A stretch of DNA of 63,565 nucleotides, counting the filler, from Neolecta irregularis DAH-3 (taxonomy: Eukaryota), in NCBI GenBank assembly GCA_001929475.1. It is 19 parts of 19 records of this genome, joined end to end, with 100 filler letters (N's around TTAATTAATTAA, not from the genome) between each part and the next. Parts side by side here need not be neighbours in the genome. Positions count along the whole stretch, not along the records: positions 49,404 to 52,346 come from LXFE01001553.1; positions 52,447 to 53,835 come from LXFE01001556.1; positions 53,936 to 57,681 come from LXFE01001557.1; positions 57,782 to 62,350 come from LXFE01001560.1; positions 62,451 to 63,565 come from LXFE01001561.1; 14 more parts are not named here. One strand, 5' to 3'. This document shows positions 51,396 through 63,437 of the stretch, one piece after another; position 1 is the first letter of the stretch, and the number at the start of each line of letters is the position of its first letter. The notes under the pieces were generated by a model. It saw only the letters and a list, made by a program, of their open reading frames with translations, did no database searches and was not told the origin of the DNA. The position numbers and the translations under genes are program-made.

Positions 51396-51964
51396 GAACA
51401 GGCTTGCAAATCAATCTGGAATCTCCAGATTTTTCAATCAATCAATTGATATCCTTGTCAATATTGATAATATTGATAATATTGATATATGACATGACAA
51501 CAAGACCTCTATATACAGGATAATAGTCCTTGGTTAACATAAGGATATACAGAACAATAATACATAGAGTAGTAAGATACCATAGAATAATGAGTAAAGG
51601 AGTTGTACGCATACATGCTTACACTCCTCCCCCCTTACCAAAAAACGTGGGAAAATGTCAATAGCGTCCATACAAAAATTGACTATTCCCGCCTCAGCAG
51701 CCTCAACATGAAAAAGAACCTGCAATGATGAGTTAAACCCGCCATCGTCATCCTGGTCCGGTCAAGGAGGAAAAGGGACAGGTGAGGACTTTGGGCAGTC
51801 AATATCTTGTCAGCGGTGCCACACGCTACCAAGTTCAAGATCACTGTTTGTCCACACCAACAGGAATCCTATAAGCATTGAAATATCATAAATTCTATCA
51901 TTTACATTAGTTGTTTGATATTCTGCTCTAAGCCCTAAACCGAGAACTGTTTCAGGGTATATCA

Positions 51965-52346
51965 TTAAAAGACGACTTTTTTTAGCAAACTCGGCTTCAT
52001 TTTGGAAGGCTTGCTAATAAGGGCGTCCATATAATTGAAAGGAACAAATCGAAACGTGTTGGGCGGGAGTACAGGTGGATTTTCTCCCGTATGTAAACCG
52101 ATGTCGGTGTTTTGGTCGGGTTGCATTGATTTGCTGGTGTTTCGCCAATCTACTTTTCCGGGTGAACGTATTTCATTATCGAGGGCGGGAATTTTTCGCA
52201 CCAGCTTCACAAGACGTGTTCCAGCCCAAAAATCAGGTTCTCTCCATCCCGCTCTTCGTGCAAATTCCGTGATTATACTTATTGTCTCGAGTTCAAAGGC
52301 TGACGGGGTTTCCTGGGAAAATAATCTCTCCACAGATTTTCTTAGG
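51965..52346 (-). CDS. Paralog of the 45431 protein, C-terminal part, single repeat unit
   Basis: EFARRAG..W..VRKIP..SPGKVDWRNTSKSMQ..DIG..VLPPNTFRFVPFNY aligns with the 45431 ORF. Confidence 0.65.
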
Positions 52347-52446
52347 NNNNNNNNNNNNNNNNNNNNNNNNNNNNNNNNNNNNNNNNNNNNTTAATTAATT
52401 AANNNNNNNNNNNNNNNNNNNNNNNNNNNNNNNNNNNNNNNNNNNN

Positions 52447-53210
52447 ACCCGCCCCGCCTCTCCCGTTTCGCCGGCCCCTCCCGCCGCTCCTCCCATCACT
52501 CCCGCCACTCCAGTTCCGCCCATCCCTCCCGCCTCTCCCATTGTCCCTCCCGCTGCTCTCGTTCCGCCTGTCCCTCCCCCTGCTCCCTTTCCGCCCAACC
52601 TTCCCGTCCCTCTAACCCCTCCCATTCCACCCATCGCTCCCATCGCTCCTGCCTCTCCCGTTCCGCCTTTCGCTCCCGCCTCTCCCTTTCCGCCTTTCGC
52701 TCCCGCCGCTCCCATTCCACCCATCGCTCCCGCCTCTCCCGTTCCGCCAATTCCGCCCGCCCCTCACACCTCTCCCGTTCCGCCCGCCTTTCCTGTCCGT
52801 TCCACCCGCCCGCCCTTCCTGTCCGTCCCACTCGCGCACCCGTCTCTCCCGTCCCCGCCGCCTGCCTTTCCTGTCTGTGCCACCCTCCCACCCGCTCGCT
52901 CATCTTTCTCTCCCGCCCGCCCGCTTACCCGTCCCTCCCTCCCACCTGCCCGCTCGCCCGTCTTTCTCTCCCGCCTGCCCGCTTACCAGTCCCTCCCTCC
53001 CGCCTTACCCGACTTTCCCTTGCCTGTCTCGCTTGCCTGTCTCTCCCACCTGTCTCTCTCGCCTCATCTACCTGTCCCTTCCACCTTACCTGACCCTTCC
53101 ACCTTGCCTGTCCCTCCCACCTGTCCCTCCTGCCTCTACCACCTTGCACACCTGTTTGGCCTGTTTGGCCCACCAGTCTTGCCCACCTTACCCACCCCCA
53201 CCTGCCTGTA
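52447..53210. repeat. Pyrimidine-rich GC-skewed low-complexity tract
   Basis: CCCGTTCCGCC / CCTGTC-type degenerate units; strong C+T bias on the + strand. Confidence 0.7.
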
Positions 53211-53579
53211 AGTTCCCTTGTAAATATTTAGATAGATATAAAGAATTATATACACAATATAGTAATTTATACTTGCTTTTTAATATATTCCTGGTTTATC
53301 TCCTCTACCAGATTATGCAAGTGGCTAATTAGGATTCAAATAGTCAAATTGAGTCAATAAACCAAATCAAACCAAATGATACCCCTCCTAATCAAACCAA
53401 ATCAAATGGAAGTCCAAATTTTGTTTGAATTGATTTGTTAGGAACACTGTTATGCATATCCCCAATACTGCAAATACATTGTTGCTATAACCATTTGCTC
53501 AAAATGATTGACTTTATATTTTGGAAGGTAGATTAGAAACTTAGACTATTTAGACATTTCTGACCTAACAGTTATGCAG

Positions 53580-53835
53580 CTGGGTTTTTCAGTGAAAGTC
53601 CTTGTTTGATTGGCTCAAACCGCATTCCTGTGGCTGAAAACGAGGCGTTTTATGGCTTTTACGGTAAAAAACCTACAGTAAAAGTCCCAGCCATGGGAAC
53701 TTTCACTGAAAAACCGCAGTTTTGGGAATTTACAGTAAAAAACCCAGAACTTTCACTGAAAAACCCGCAGTTTTGAGAATTTACAGTGAAAAACCTGGAA
53801 CTTTCACTGAAAAACCTGGAACTGTCAGTGAAAAA
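53580..53835. repeat. Subterminal-type tandem and inverted repeats (ACTTTCACTGAAAAACC / TTTACAGTAAAA)
   Basis: Multiple direct copies plus one inverted copy at ~53582-53600. Confidence 0.65.
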
Positions 53836-54194
53836 NNNNNNNNNNNNNNNNNNNNNNNNNNNNNNNNNNNNNNNNNNNNTTAATTAATTAANNNNNNNNN
53901 NNNNNNNNNNNNNNNNNNNNNNNNNNNNNNNNNNNGGGAGCAGTAACGGGCGAGGAGGGCAGGCGATAATGGGCGAGGAGGGCGGGGCAGTAATGGGCAG
54001 GAGAGTGAGAAGACGCGAGTAGGCGAGTAAGAGGATGCAAGCAGAGCCTTTTCCATGTCTAAATCGCTACAATCTGATATCACGTGATACGGCCCATTTG
54101 GCCCATTGACCATGGGCCGGGCTATTTCCATAGTCCAGTCCATAGACTTTTAATGGACTGGATTAAGCCCATGGTCCATCCACAACACTGGGGG

Positions 54195-54600
54195 GGATTA
54201 GTATGCCGGCCGCCTGCCGGAAAAATCTGATCTGTGCGCCCGCCAGAGCCTCTCTGGCAGGTGGGGCCTCTCAGGCCGGATTTTTATGCCTCCCGCCTTC
54301 ACCAAGAGATCCAACCATCCACCTGGAGAATGCTCTGGCAGGCTGCTAGGTTGTATGGCGGTTTGGTAGTTTCCTCCATGTGATGTTTCTTCAAAGGTCC
54401 CCTTTTGACTTTCTTGGATTGAATTTGTTGGTAGACCATTAGTTTTGCCTTTAAATTTGATCCCTATAGTGTTTGTTTCGTTTGAATACGTTGGTTGGTT
54501 GTTCAACTGTGAATTGATTGTCATTTGCTCAAAGACTCGCAAGATTTGTCACCGATCACGTGACACAGTGATCAGGATGATACGACATCAATTTTGTCAT
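54195..54600 (-). mobile_element. LTR-like repeat, reverse copy of the TGTAAG/TGTCACGTGA family
   Basis: Reverse complement reads TGTCACGTGATCGGTGACAAATCTTGCGAG..CAACCAACCAACGTATTCAAACGAAAC, like 17599 and 31424. Confidence 0.7.
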
Positions 54601-54828
54601 CAATGAAAGAAATGGCCAGATAGAAATCATTTTATGCTAGAAATTTTGGTTATTTAGTGAATATTGTATTGCACTTATCCTAATTGTCAAAAACGGAGAT
54701 AATTGGAACCATAAACTAAAATTCTCAAGCCACACCACGGAACCGAAACATCGTGTCATTTCTATGGATACAGAGACAAATATTAATGGCAAACATGGGT
54801 ATAAGTTTCAGCGTAACCAATCAACCTA

Positions 54829-54987
54829 TAGTCGAACCTGTTATAACGAATGTAGTGCTCAAGGGTGTTATGGCGATTCGTTCTATCACGATGAAAAAAT
54901 ACCCCTCTAATTAATTCTGGAAATCAGTTGGGTTCGTTGTAAGGAGGAATTCGTTGTATGGAGGTTCCCTAAAGCCAGGTTCGACTG
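54829..54987. mobile_element. Tc1/mariner-type MITE
   Basis: TIR (T/C)AGTCGAACCTG...CAGGTTCGACTG, flanked by TA on both sides. Confidence 0.8.
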
Positions 54988-55098
54988 TACAGCTACTACG
55001 GAACCGATACACCCTGTCTCATTCTATGGATACCACAGAGACAATAAGTTAATGGACCCTGGTATAAGTTTCAGCGAATTCCGTCAATCGTTTACATC

Positions 55099-56685
55099 AT
55101 GCAGTTCAGTCATATTCTCCTGCTTCTCGCACCATACGTCATTGCGACAAACTGGTTGGATCTATACACCCCAGCCCAGGATGGCGGCATGTATCGTGAT
55201 ATCCCGGCCATCTTGATCAAGAAGTTATCCTATGTTGTACCATTGTACAAGCAAGATGCAGACTACTTGGCAAGTTGGAATTCAGCCATCCAGTTTTGCG
55301 CAAAGGCTTGTACGGAATTAACTGAAACCCACGACCCATGCCATTCATTCCAAATCGAATTTCCTACTGTATCAAGCACCCCCGAGCGCATTTTTTCATG
55401 CAACACTTTTCGTCTGCCAGTAGCGCGAGATCTCGATTCGCAAGTCGTTGAACCATCTGAAACTGAAAACATAGCGCGTGTTACCTTTACGTACCTTTTA
55501 TTCTCTGATTTACATTAATCATCTAGCCTTGCCGATACCAAATTCTTTATTCCGGAATTTGAAAACAAGCTATATCGCGGTGTTTACGATTTCAATACCT
55601 GGATAAATAACCTCGGTCCTACCTACAATATACACCTAGACCGTTGGAGTAGCAAATGGAAACATAACGATATTTTACATCGACATCTTTATCCAACCTT
55701 TCCAAGCCGCTTTCTACCTAGTCGTAATACACATCAAATCATGCAGGCTCTATCGACTTTAAGAGAACAAAACTCTTCTCCAGTGTCTCATTTCGAAATT
55801 CTTTCAAGTTACTTGCCGATATTGGCATCGTTCATCGATGAAAAAGATGGAGAATCGTTTTCAGTAACAGTGGGAAAGAAAACGATGCGACTTTATTCAG
55901 TATCCTGGGTAGGCGGACCGATAACATATTACTTCATTTTCGGTGTTCGCGAATATACTTTTCAGCATCAAGGAAAGCAAATGGGAGTACTAGGCTTGTT
56001 TGTAGCTCAAAAACAGACAGAGGGCGCTTTTGCTGATCAATTCTGGCCAAGCAGTTTCTACTTTCCCACGATTGGTGAAGAAATCCCGGAACCAATACGT
56101 AATCAAATTCAAAGCGATTTCATCTCTTTTCTCCAAAATGCTGTTCCGTCATCATGGGAGCTGTCCCAATATGCTCCGCTATCTTCTCAAGTCTATTTCA
56201 CTTTCTGCCAGAATGGGTCGACTTACGGTTTCATATTATTCTTGATCCAAAAAGTCATACCTGGATTTTACAGTGTGCGCGGCGACGGTTGTCTGCTACT
56301 TCAAGACTTGGTGATGAATGCTTTGGGAAAGGTATATGGAATCGCCGCACGCGATCTGGACCGGGGTATGCCGCGTCTCAATCCACCGTCAACTTTTAAA
56401 GCAAAGTTGAGTGATATCACGATTATGACTTCTGAAACTCAAGAGAATGATATCACGATTATGACGTCTGAAAGTCAAGAGAGTGAAACTGAATTAATGA
56501 ACGATTTAGACATTGCTCAAACTGAAATTACTTGGCCGATTTTCATCAATAATGAACTAGAAGGCATTACACCACCCGATGATGTATCCTTTGAAAATGG
56601 ATTCTGGTTTTCCTCTACGATTGAAGCTTTGACTGCGCATACTGATCATAATCAAGTTGTCTTGAAAATGACATTCAATTCATGA
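55099..56685 (+). CDS. Secreted protein, N-terminal PAN/apple-like module plus unknown C-terminal domain (~516 aa)
   Basis: Signal MQFSHILLLLAPYVIA; NSAIQFCAKACTELTETHDPCHSFQI..SCNTF; phase-2 intron 55491-55526 joins in frame to the 55741 ORF. Confidence 0.75.
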
Positions 56686-56883
56686 TGACGAGTGGTCTAT
56701 CTTTTGAAATACAATTCAATATATTTCTAGTATAAAATTCCACGCGTCCACCCATATCTATCATACTCATATTGCTATCATTTCTATCATACCTTCATAT
56801 TTCTATCATACTCATTGCTAACGATCAATATCATACTCATTGCTATACTATCAAATCATACTCATATTGCTATACTATCAATA

Positions 56884-57681
56884 CTACCATAATACCCTGG
56901 CACCCAAAGATTCGTAACTTTTTGAAAAATATTCATCCAAGAAACCTTGTATAGTGGATTCCAACAAATAATCTATATCAGCGATATACCAGGTACTGTT
57001 TTTCCAGTCTGTAGTTAATCTCACATAAACATCTCTCCTTCCGTACAGACCGTCAAAGGAGACGTCTAATTTGACATCGACTAGTTGCTGCACATTGGTT
57101 TGTATAGTGGAAACCTGGTCGTACACGTCCTCCTTCCAGCTGGCAAAAGTGGGGAGCTGGGGCATATGAACGAGTGCAGTTGCGTAGGGGAGGTAGAGGA
57201 GAAAGAGCATGTGGTTGTCGATGTGCAGCTGGTCCAGCTCCTGTCTATTTCGGGACTGGACGAAGGCCCAGTAGCGGGGATCGCCGATTCTTGGTTTGTC
57301 GTAGACTATTTTGGCGGAGTGGATGTGGCGGAGGGCGATGTGCGGGCGGGGCAGGGGGGCGAGATGCGCGGCGTATTCGGGCGTGGCGAGCGCGGCCAGG
57401 GGAGCGTTGCGGGCGTACTGGTGGGCGAAGTGCGAGAGGGCGAGGATGGCGCCGGCGTGGATCTGGGGATAGTCGAGGGCGGGGATGAAGGGGGGCCGGG
57501 CGGAGAGGGAGCGCGGGGGGCGGCCGGCGAGGATGTCGATGCAGGACGCTGCCGAGTTGAGCAGGCACATGTAGGGCGTGCTGATCCGCGGGTAGCTCGG
57601 CGGGCCGGTGACGGGCGTCGCCGCGAGGAAGCGCGCGGCCGCGCAGGCCGAGAAGGCGCGGCTGCGGGACCGGCAGCGGGG
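56884..57681 (-). CDS. Hypothetical protein with very GC-rich 5' part (start in gap)
   Basis: 228-aa ORF with coding-like composition; family not recognised. Confidence 0.55.
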   Translation of the reverse strand, partial: PRCRSRSRAFSACAAARFLAATPVTGPPSYPRISTPYMCLLNSAASCIDILAGRPPRSLSARPPFIPALDYPQIHAGAILALSHFAHQYARNAPLAALATPEYAAHLAPLPRPHIALRHIHSAKIVYDKPRIGDPRYWAFVQSRNRQELDQLHIDNHMLFLLYLPYATALVHMPQLPTFASWKEDVYDQVSTIQTNVQQLVDVKLDVSFDGLYGRRDVYVRLTTDWKNSTWYIADIDYLLESTIQGFLDEYFSKSYESLGARVLW

Positions 57682-57781
57682 NNNNNNNNNNNNNNNNNNN
57701 NNNNNNNNNNNNNNNNNNNNNNNNNTTAATTAATTAANNNNNNNNNNNNNNNNNNNNNNNNNNNNNNNNNNNNNNNNNNNN

Positions 57782-58362
57782 TACGTCTATCAAGACAAGC
57801 TTGAGCACAAGAATCATGATCATAAGAGTCCTGAATTTCGAACAATCTTGAGTTTATAGCTTCATCTTCGTCTTTGGACACCACCACAAGCTGTTCAAGG
57901 GGAATAATTTCGAAATTGTTTTTAAGTATCAATTGATCAACGATAGAATTTTCCAGAAAATCCGTGGAAAGCTTATATTGCGCAACATATTGCAGTTCTT
58001 TTGCCAACAAAAAACCATCAGGGCTCTGAGGACGATCAGGAATGTTTGATAATAACTGACAATAAAAATTTTGGAACCATGCAGTTGGCTGATTCTTCTT
58101 TTGCGACATTTGGAAAGCTTTGCAAGATTCTGGATGATATCAATCAAGTGTCTCGAATGGAGATCGTACCAGTTTTCATGCACAGTTGAGCACAGCGATC
58201 ATGAGCCGATCCTTCCACAATATCGGAGAATGCGGAGTCAAGAGCCGCAGCGTTACTGGGGGAAAGAAGAGTATGAGATTCTTCATGAACAAAGAAGTCT
58301 TGTAGAAAGTGGGCTCCAGCTATCGAGATGACGGCATAAAAGAACAAAAAAGCGTGTCCCAT
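57782..58362 (-). CDS. Secreted protein with tandem PAN/apple-like modules (3' cut by gap)
   Basis: Signal MGHAFLFFYAVISIAGA; intron 58130-58169 yields DRCAQLCMKTESCKAFQM..FYCQLL; a second module starts DSCAQACLD. Confidence 0.75.
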
Positions 58363-59775
58363 TGTGAGGTAGATAGGTTGACCTTTTTTGTCACTCGGAT
58401 AGGGTTAGGTAGGCTGCTTGTCATATAACTCCAGACAAATTACTTGTATTGAACCCGTTTATCTGAAACTGCTGTCTTTATATAGTACTTATTGTGGCGT
58501 TATTCGCTCCTGTTCATTGGCCCCATGACGGATTCCAAGTTCCATTCTCTGTCTTACTGCATCAAGTCCTATATACCCATTTGCGGCATCTGATACGGAT
58601 CGCTCGTTAATGACATAGACACGCTTTCTATCACCATCGGTATTTGTTGGCGGTTGTGGGTGTTCCAAGACTACCTACAGCATTGTTTAATGTCGGCGAA
58701 GAGAATCCAAACTGCAAAAATGATGCCCATTTAATGCGAACTAGGTCAAACATGTTCCACCTATGGCTGTCACCGAGACATTGACTACGGAATAGGGCTT
58801 GAAACACGCAGGGTGTAGCTAGGTGTTGCGAGGGTTTATAGGATTATTATGTCGTTGATTGTTGAGCGCGGTCGTATGGGCTTTCTGTCTCTTGGGTCGT
58901 CAAGACTTCGAAACGGAAATAGATTAATACAATTGACTACCTAACAATACAGAAAACCAGCCCTTTAAATAGCAGCAAGCTGGTATCAAACGGAACGAGT
59001 ACAAAGATAAAGGAAAGATAACGGAAACGGAAAACAACAGATACAAAACCCGGGAGCGGCAGAAGGCTGCACAGCAGTTCACCAGTCACCCCGGAAGTAG
59101 AGATAAACAAACAAGAGGAAAAGGAAAGGGGTATGCCAGTATCTTTCTAGGCCCGCCAGAATGGTGTAGGATGACGAAGGGTGGGGGAGGAAGGTTGGGT
59201 AGAAATACTAATATGTTGTCGATTTTGTTGACTGTGCCACAGGCTTGATAGTTGAGACGGCTGTTTCCAGGGAGTTAATCTGAGACATAATCTTGGATTA
59301 GTTCTAGCCAAATATTCGCCAGCATATGCTGCACTTTTGCACAAGGTGACAGTTATCTTGTATCATTGGCTAAGTGCTGGGCTGCTCACGACTCTGTGCT
59401 AATCTGTCGCTGTCCTGTGACTCGCGCTCCCCCACCGTTTGCCATGACCTCGGTGTTTCCATGGGTCTTATTCGTGCTGCGCTCGTTCTAGTGTCCCGCG
59501 ACGCCGAGCGCATCGCCGTACGCTTCTGCTACTGCTACTACTAGTACCACATAAGCGGGCCTGGTCGCCGCTGCCTTTTCCTTCAGCGCCTTTGTCTCGA
59601 GTGCCACCTCCCTTCTCGCGCCACACCTGCAGGCCTGCTCAAGGAAACTGACCACTAGAAGGAGGACCGCCCGCACAGCGATAATAGAAATAAGAATTTG
59701 AAAAGATGATTTTGTAGTTAAATTATCGAGTGTAGGGAATAATGCGTAGATAAGCGGTGATGAATTTATTTCTGG

Positions 59776-61260
59776 CTAGAAACGTGCTACATGCTCGAGT
59801 CTAGTTAGCGGAACTGCAGTGATAGTATCTGGCAAAGCTGGAGAAACGGTGATATTTGGCATTGAATTCCATGAGGCAAGGCGTTCAAACCTTGGTGATT
59901 CCGAGGAGTGACAAAGTGTAACTTTAGCAGAGAATCTTTCCGTAAAGCATTTCTTCCATCGTGACAAACAGGTGATTGAAGATGGCCGTCTCGATGGAAC
60001 GCCGTCAACCCTAGTATTTCTTGAAATGATCTTGTAGGTTGTATAGCTGAAGTAGATAGACTTCTTTGACGAGGTTGAACCCCTTCTGGAGATCAGCCTA
60101 ACTGTAGTCCCAACCCCACATATGGGCCATCGTCGATCGTCAGTGATGCTAGATGATCTTCAAAGGAAGAGAGGTCATCAGAACACGACTTTTGCAGTTG
60201 TAAAACATCACTACTTTCTTGAGCCAGCCGGGCTACAATGGACCGAAATTAAAAACATTTACTACATGATACATTGTGAATTTTACCGCCAGTGCTCCGA
60301 GAAGTGAAGGTCGAATCGATATTCAAGGTGAATATGACACGGAGGTTTCCTGTTATCGCATTAAAGTCATCCTATGGTTGAGGTTTGTGTATTCTTCTTG
60401 CTCAGAGGCATCATCGCACTCTCGGTGTTCCAGGTCCCCGATATCAGGTGTGAGAAGCCTCGTCTGTTCATCCAATTCTTGTGCTCCGTATTCGGGGCCA
60501 GGTGTAGCAAAACGATTACGAGATAATATTTGTGATTCAAATAGCTTTCTTTGTGGTTGAATATCATGAATCGCTTAGAATGTTGACAACATAAAATGCA
60601 CCCGATCAAGGCAAAAGATTCTAATAAATTCAATATTCCAATGACCATTATACAGAACGTGGAAGCGACGAAAACGCAGACATCTCGAAAAAACTCTCGT
60701 TGGCGACTTTGAAGGTCGAACGATTGCTATTGATCCCAAAATTGCGGCAACGATGAACAAGGTTGCACCAAGTAACTCTCTTACTGCTAATGACCCGCTA
60801 CCAGCCTTCATCACGGCAAATGTATTGAACACATCAGGTGCACCGCTACCAAAGGCAAGGAACGTCGCACCAGCCTCAGTTCGTCAGCCTGAGTAAGGCG
60901 GACAGTTGGATACTATGTTCTCTGAAATGCCCAAGGAATGCCAAATATATGCCAAATTTGCGCAGAAAATTTCAGACGCAGCTATTCCCATCGTGCTAAA
61001 GAGAAGAAAGAGCCATATCGCCTGTATTGTTTAAAGTCGGCCTGTAAAGAAGAAAACATACCAAAAGCACAACTCCAGTAAACTTTGCGTTCTCCATTCG
61101 ACAGAAATAAAAGTGCAGATAGTTGAGATAACCAACCGAATCTGAATTATAGATTTCGAGCTGTTTGGCGGCTGGTAGTTGATCATTGTCGGACTTGTTC
61201 GATATAGATTCCCGACGTAAGCTAGATCAATAAACACATGCACAGACCGTGCCGAAGATA
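59776..61260 (-). pseudogene. Cation/Ca2+ exchanger (CCX/Ecm27-like) pseudogene
   Basis: YLNYLHFYFC..LFSTMGIAASEIFCANL..AGATFLAFGSGAPDVFNTFAVMKAGSGSLAVRELLGA alpha-1 repeat; frameshifts after VRP; no second TM half seen. Confidence 0.75.
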
Positions 61261-61639
61261 ACGAGGACGCGAGTGTGTCATGGCCGGTGTATAATCCTCG
61301 ATATTCTGCGCCCGTGGACTAATGGTGGTGTTCCGGTTTAGCAATGTAGACTTTGACGATTGGCGGTCACTCAGACCAGACTTTCAACTATAGACTATGC
61401 CACCACAATAAAACGTCATGTGCAGAACGCTATTTTTCATTCAAAGAGTTCGGTCCAAATCCTTCAATACGGATTTAGATGCCTGTTTTTTGGGCGAAAG
61501 CAAAATCAAGTAATTTGGTCCCTCAATCAGCTTGCTACGACAGAGCAAGCCTTGAATTAATGTATCTCGAGCAACGATAACGTAGTTACAAAACAAATCA
61601 GGGCTTGACCAGGAACTTGAAACACAATATGGTCTTCCA

Positions 61640-62350
61640 TTATGACTTAGTTATTCCCTGCTTATTCGCAAGGACTATTGCCATATGCTTTTTCATCATG
61701 TAAAGGAACTCGACAGGGTGCTCGCTTGTTTCTTCTCTATTATATGGCGAGCCTAGTATCAACCCTTGCATATAAGTGATAATCTCAGCACCGTAGATGA
61801 CATTTGAATCCAATCCAAGAGCGACAAACTTTGGGTGATCAATCGACAGATATTTAAATTCCTTAATGCCCGGAAATTTCCAACTTGAAATTATTATTCT
61901 TAGTTGGTGGTCAATAGCCTTAACGGGTTCGGTTTTAAGGGAGGTATGATCCCTCTTACCTATAATAAATGCAACTCCAGATCTGAGGGACATCCTGACT
62001 AGGTATATTAGCTCATGTTGAGTCTCTATTTTGGGTATCCAAAAAAAGAGTATGGTTTCTGGATACATTTTGCATCCGAAGATTTAAAATAATTTTCAGA
62101 ACCATTTTCCTGATAGTGGCTATTTCCAAAGGCGAGTTCGCTTGCGTCAAGGAAAAGAACATTTGTCTTGATCTGTGCTGAACTATGAGCATACTGAATC
62201 CTCGCGAAGCGATCGAAGATCTCTCCAGGAATTTCAGCTCGAGGGTTTGATAACGTTGAATATAGGTTTCTATATTCCTGTGTGAACCAGTCCATCAGCA
62301 CCCAACCACAGGTTGTGTACAATGCCATAGTAATCTGTGGTCAGGTTGAT
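61640..62350 (-). CDS. Hypothetical protein or pseudogene, partial (frame break at ~62050)
   Basis: Two overlapping ORFs (62026-62328, 61640-62068); faint Ulp1-like spacing but no catalytic triad seen. Confidence 0.35.
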
Positions 62351-62585
62351 NNNNNNNNNNNNNNNNNNNNNNNNNNNNNNNNNNNNNNNNNNNNTTAATT
62401 AATTAANNNNNNNNNNNNNNNNNNNNNNNNNNNNNNNNNNNNNNNNNNNNCCTATGACATAGTGTATAGAGCGGACAAGAAACAAGAAGCGACTGCGGTA
62501 AACTATCATAAAATACATTTTAGTTATTGGTTAAAGAATTTGAAAAAAAAGATACTACAAATTTACAATATCAATAACATCGATT

Positions 62586-63437
62586 CTACATAATTTGACA
62601 GACTTCTTCATCCCTAGACGTTTTCGTTGCGGGGAACTTGTACTGCACGTACTTATCAATCTTGTATACGGAGTACTCGATGATATCCTGCAATGAAAAA
62701 TCACCATTCTGCAGTCCTTCGAACCCAGAGATACCCTGCATGATTTTGTTCGCGGTGTTTTTCGCGACAGTCGATACAACATAATCCGTCACGAAGAATG
62801 GAATCCCGAAATGAATTTGTGCGGTGGTGCAGAGGCTGGTTTTGACCGCCTTCTTAAATACCCCGCCGTACAAATTTAATATCCAGTCTTTGGCCTTGAA
62901 AAGCCATCCAAGACCCCATCTATTGCCTGCTTCCTTGATTTCAGCTTTCTTCTTCAACTGGCTTTCTCGCATCAATTTCTCGATTTGAGCTACGGCTTGG
63001 AATTCAGCTTCTGGGATTGGGTTCACGAGAACCCAGCCGGAATCTTCGCTTTCATATATTTTCTCAAGGGTTTGATCGAGTAGTTGGATTTTGGCAGGTG
63101 AAAGCTCCTTTCTTACTTTATCCACCAAGGATATGGTATTGATGTCAGCCTGGGCTTTCTTCAGAATCTCGGGGAATGATAAATCGTATTGGACAGTAGA
63201 TATTTTTGGTATTCCAGCTTGGGCATTCTTCTGAATTCCAGCAGGGGTCTTTTTCTGCATTTCAGGGAATGCTGAATCGTATTCCAGACCGGCAATCTTC
63301 TGAATTCCAGCTGCATTCTTCAGTTGGGGGAATGCTACATCATATGCCGAAACATCAGCTTGCGTTGGGGCCCTAAAGTCTGGCACTGCACGCGAAGCGA
63401 CGAGTCCAACAAGTGCGATAAAAGTTGTGAGCAACAT
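62586..63437 (-). CDS. Secreted protein with N-terminal peptide repeats
   Basis: Signal MLLTTFIALVGLVAS; three YDxxFP(Q/E) units and AGIQK repeats. Confidence 0.7.
   Translation of the reverse strand: MLLTTFIALVGLVASRAVPDFRAPTQADVSAYDVAFPQLKNAAGIQKIAGLEYDSAFPEMQKKTPAGIQKNAQAGIPKISTVQYDLSFPEILKKAQADINTISLVDKVRKELSPAKIQLLDQTLEKIYESEDSGWVLVNPIPEAEFQAVAQIEKLMRESQLKKKAEIKEAGNRWGLGWLFKAKDWILNLYGGVFKKAVKTSLCTTAQIHFGIPFFVTDYVVSTVAKNTANKIMQGISGFEGLQNGDFSLQDIIEYSVYKIDKYVQYKFPATKTSRDEEVCQIM

Noticed and set aside
52395-53332. Collagen-like or Arg/Glu-rich ORFs
   Set aside because: Products of low-complexity GC-skewed repeat DNA; open in several frames.
53640-53835. Possible CRISPR-like array
   Set aside because: No unique spacers, eukaryotic context, no cas genes; fits transposon subterminal repeats.
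56755-56890. TATCATACTCATATTGC tandem units (a similar tract lies at 38980-39090)
   Set aside because: Ordinary minisatellites between convergent genes.
61640-62350. Ulp1/SUMO protease call
   Set aside because: No His-Trp or Gln-x-Cys catalytic motifs; resemblance too weak.
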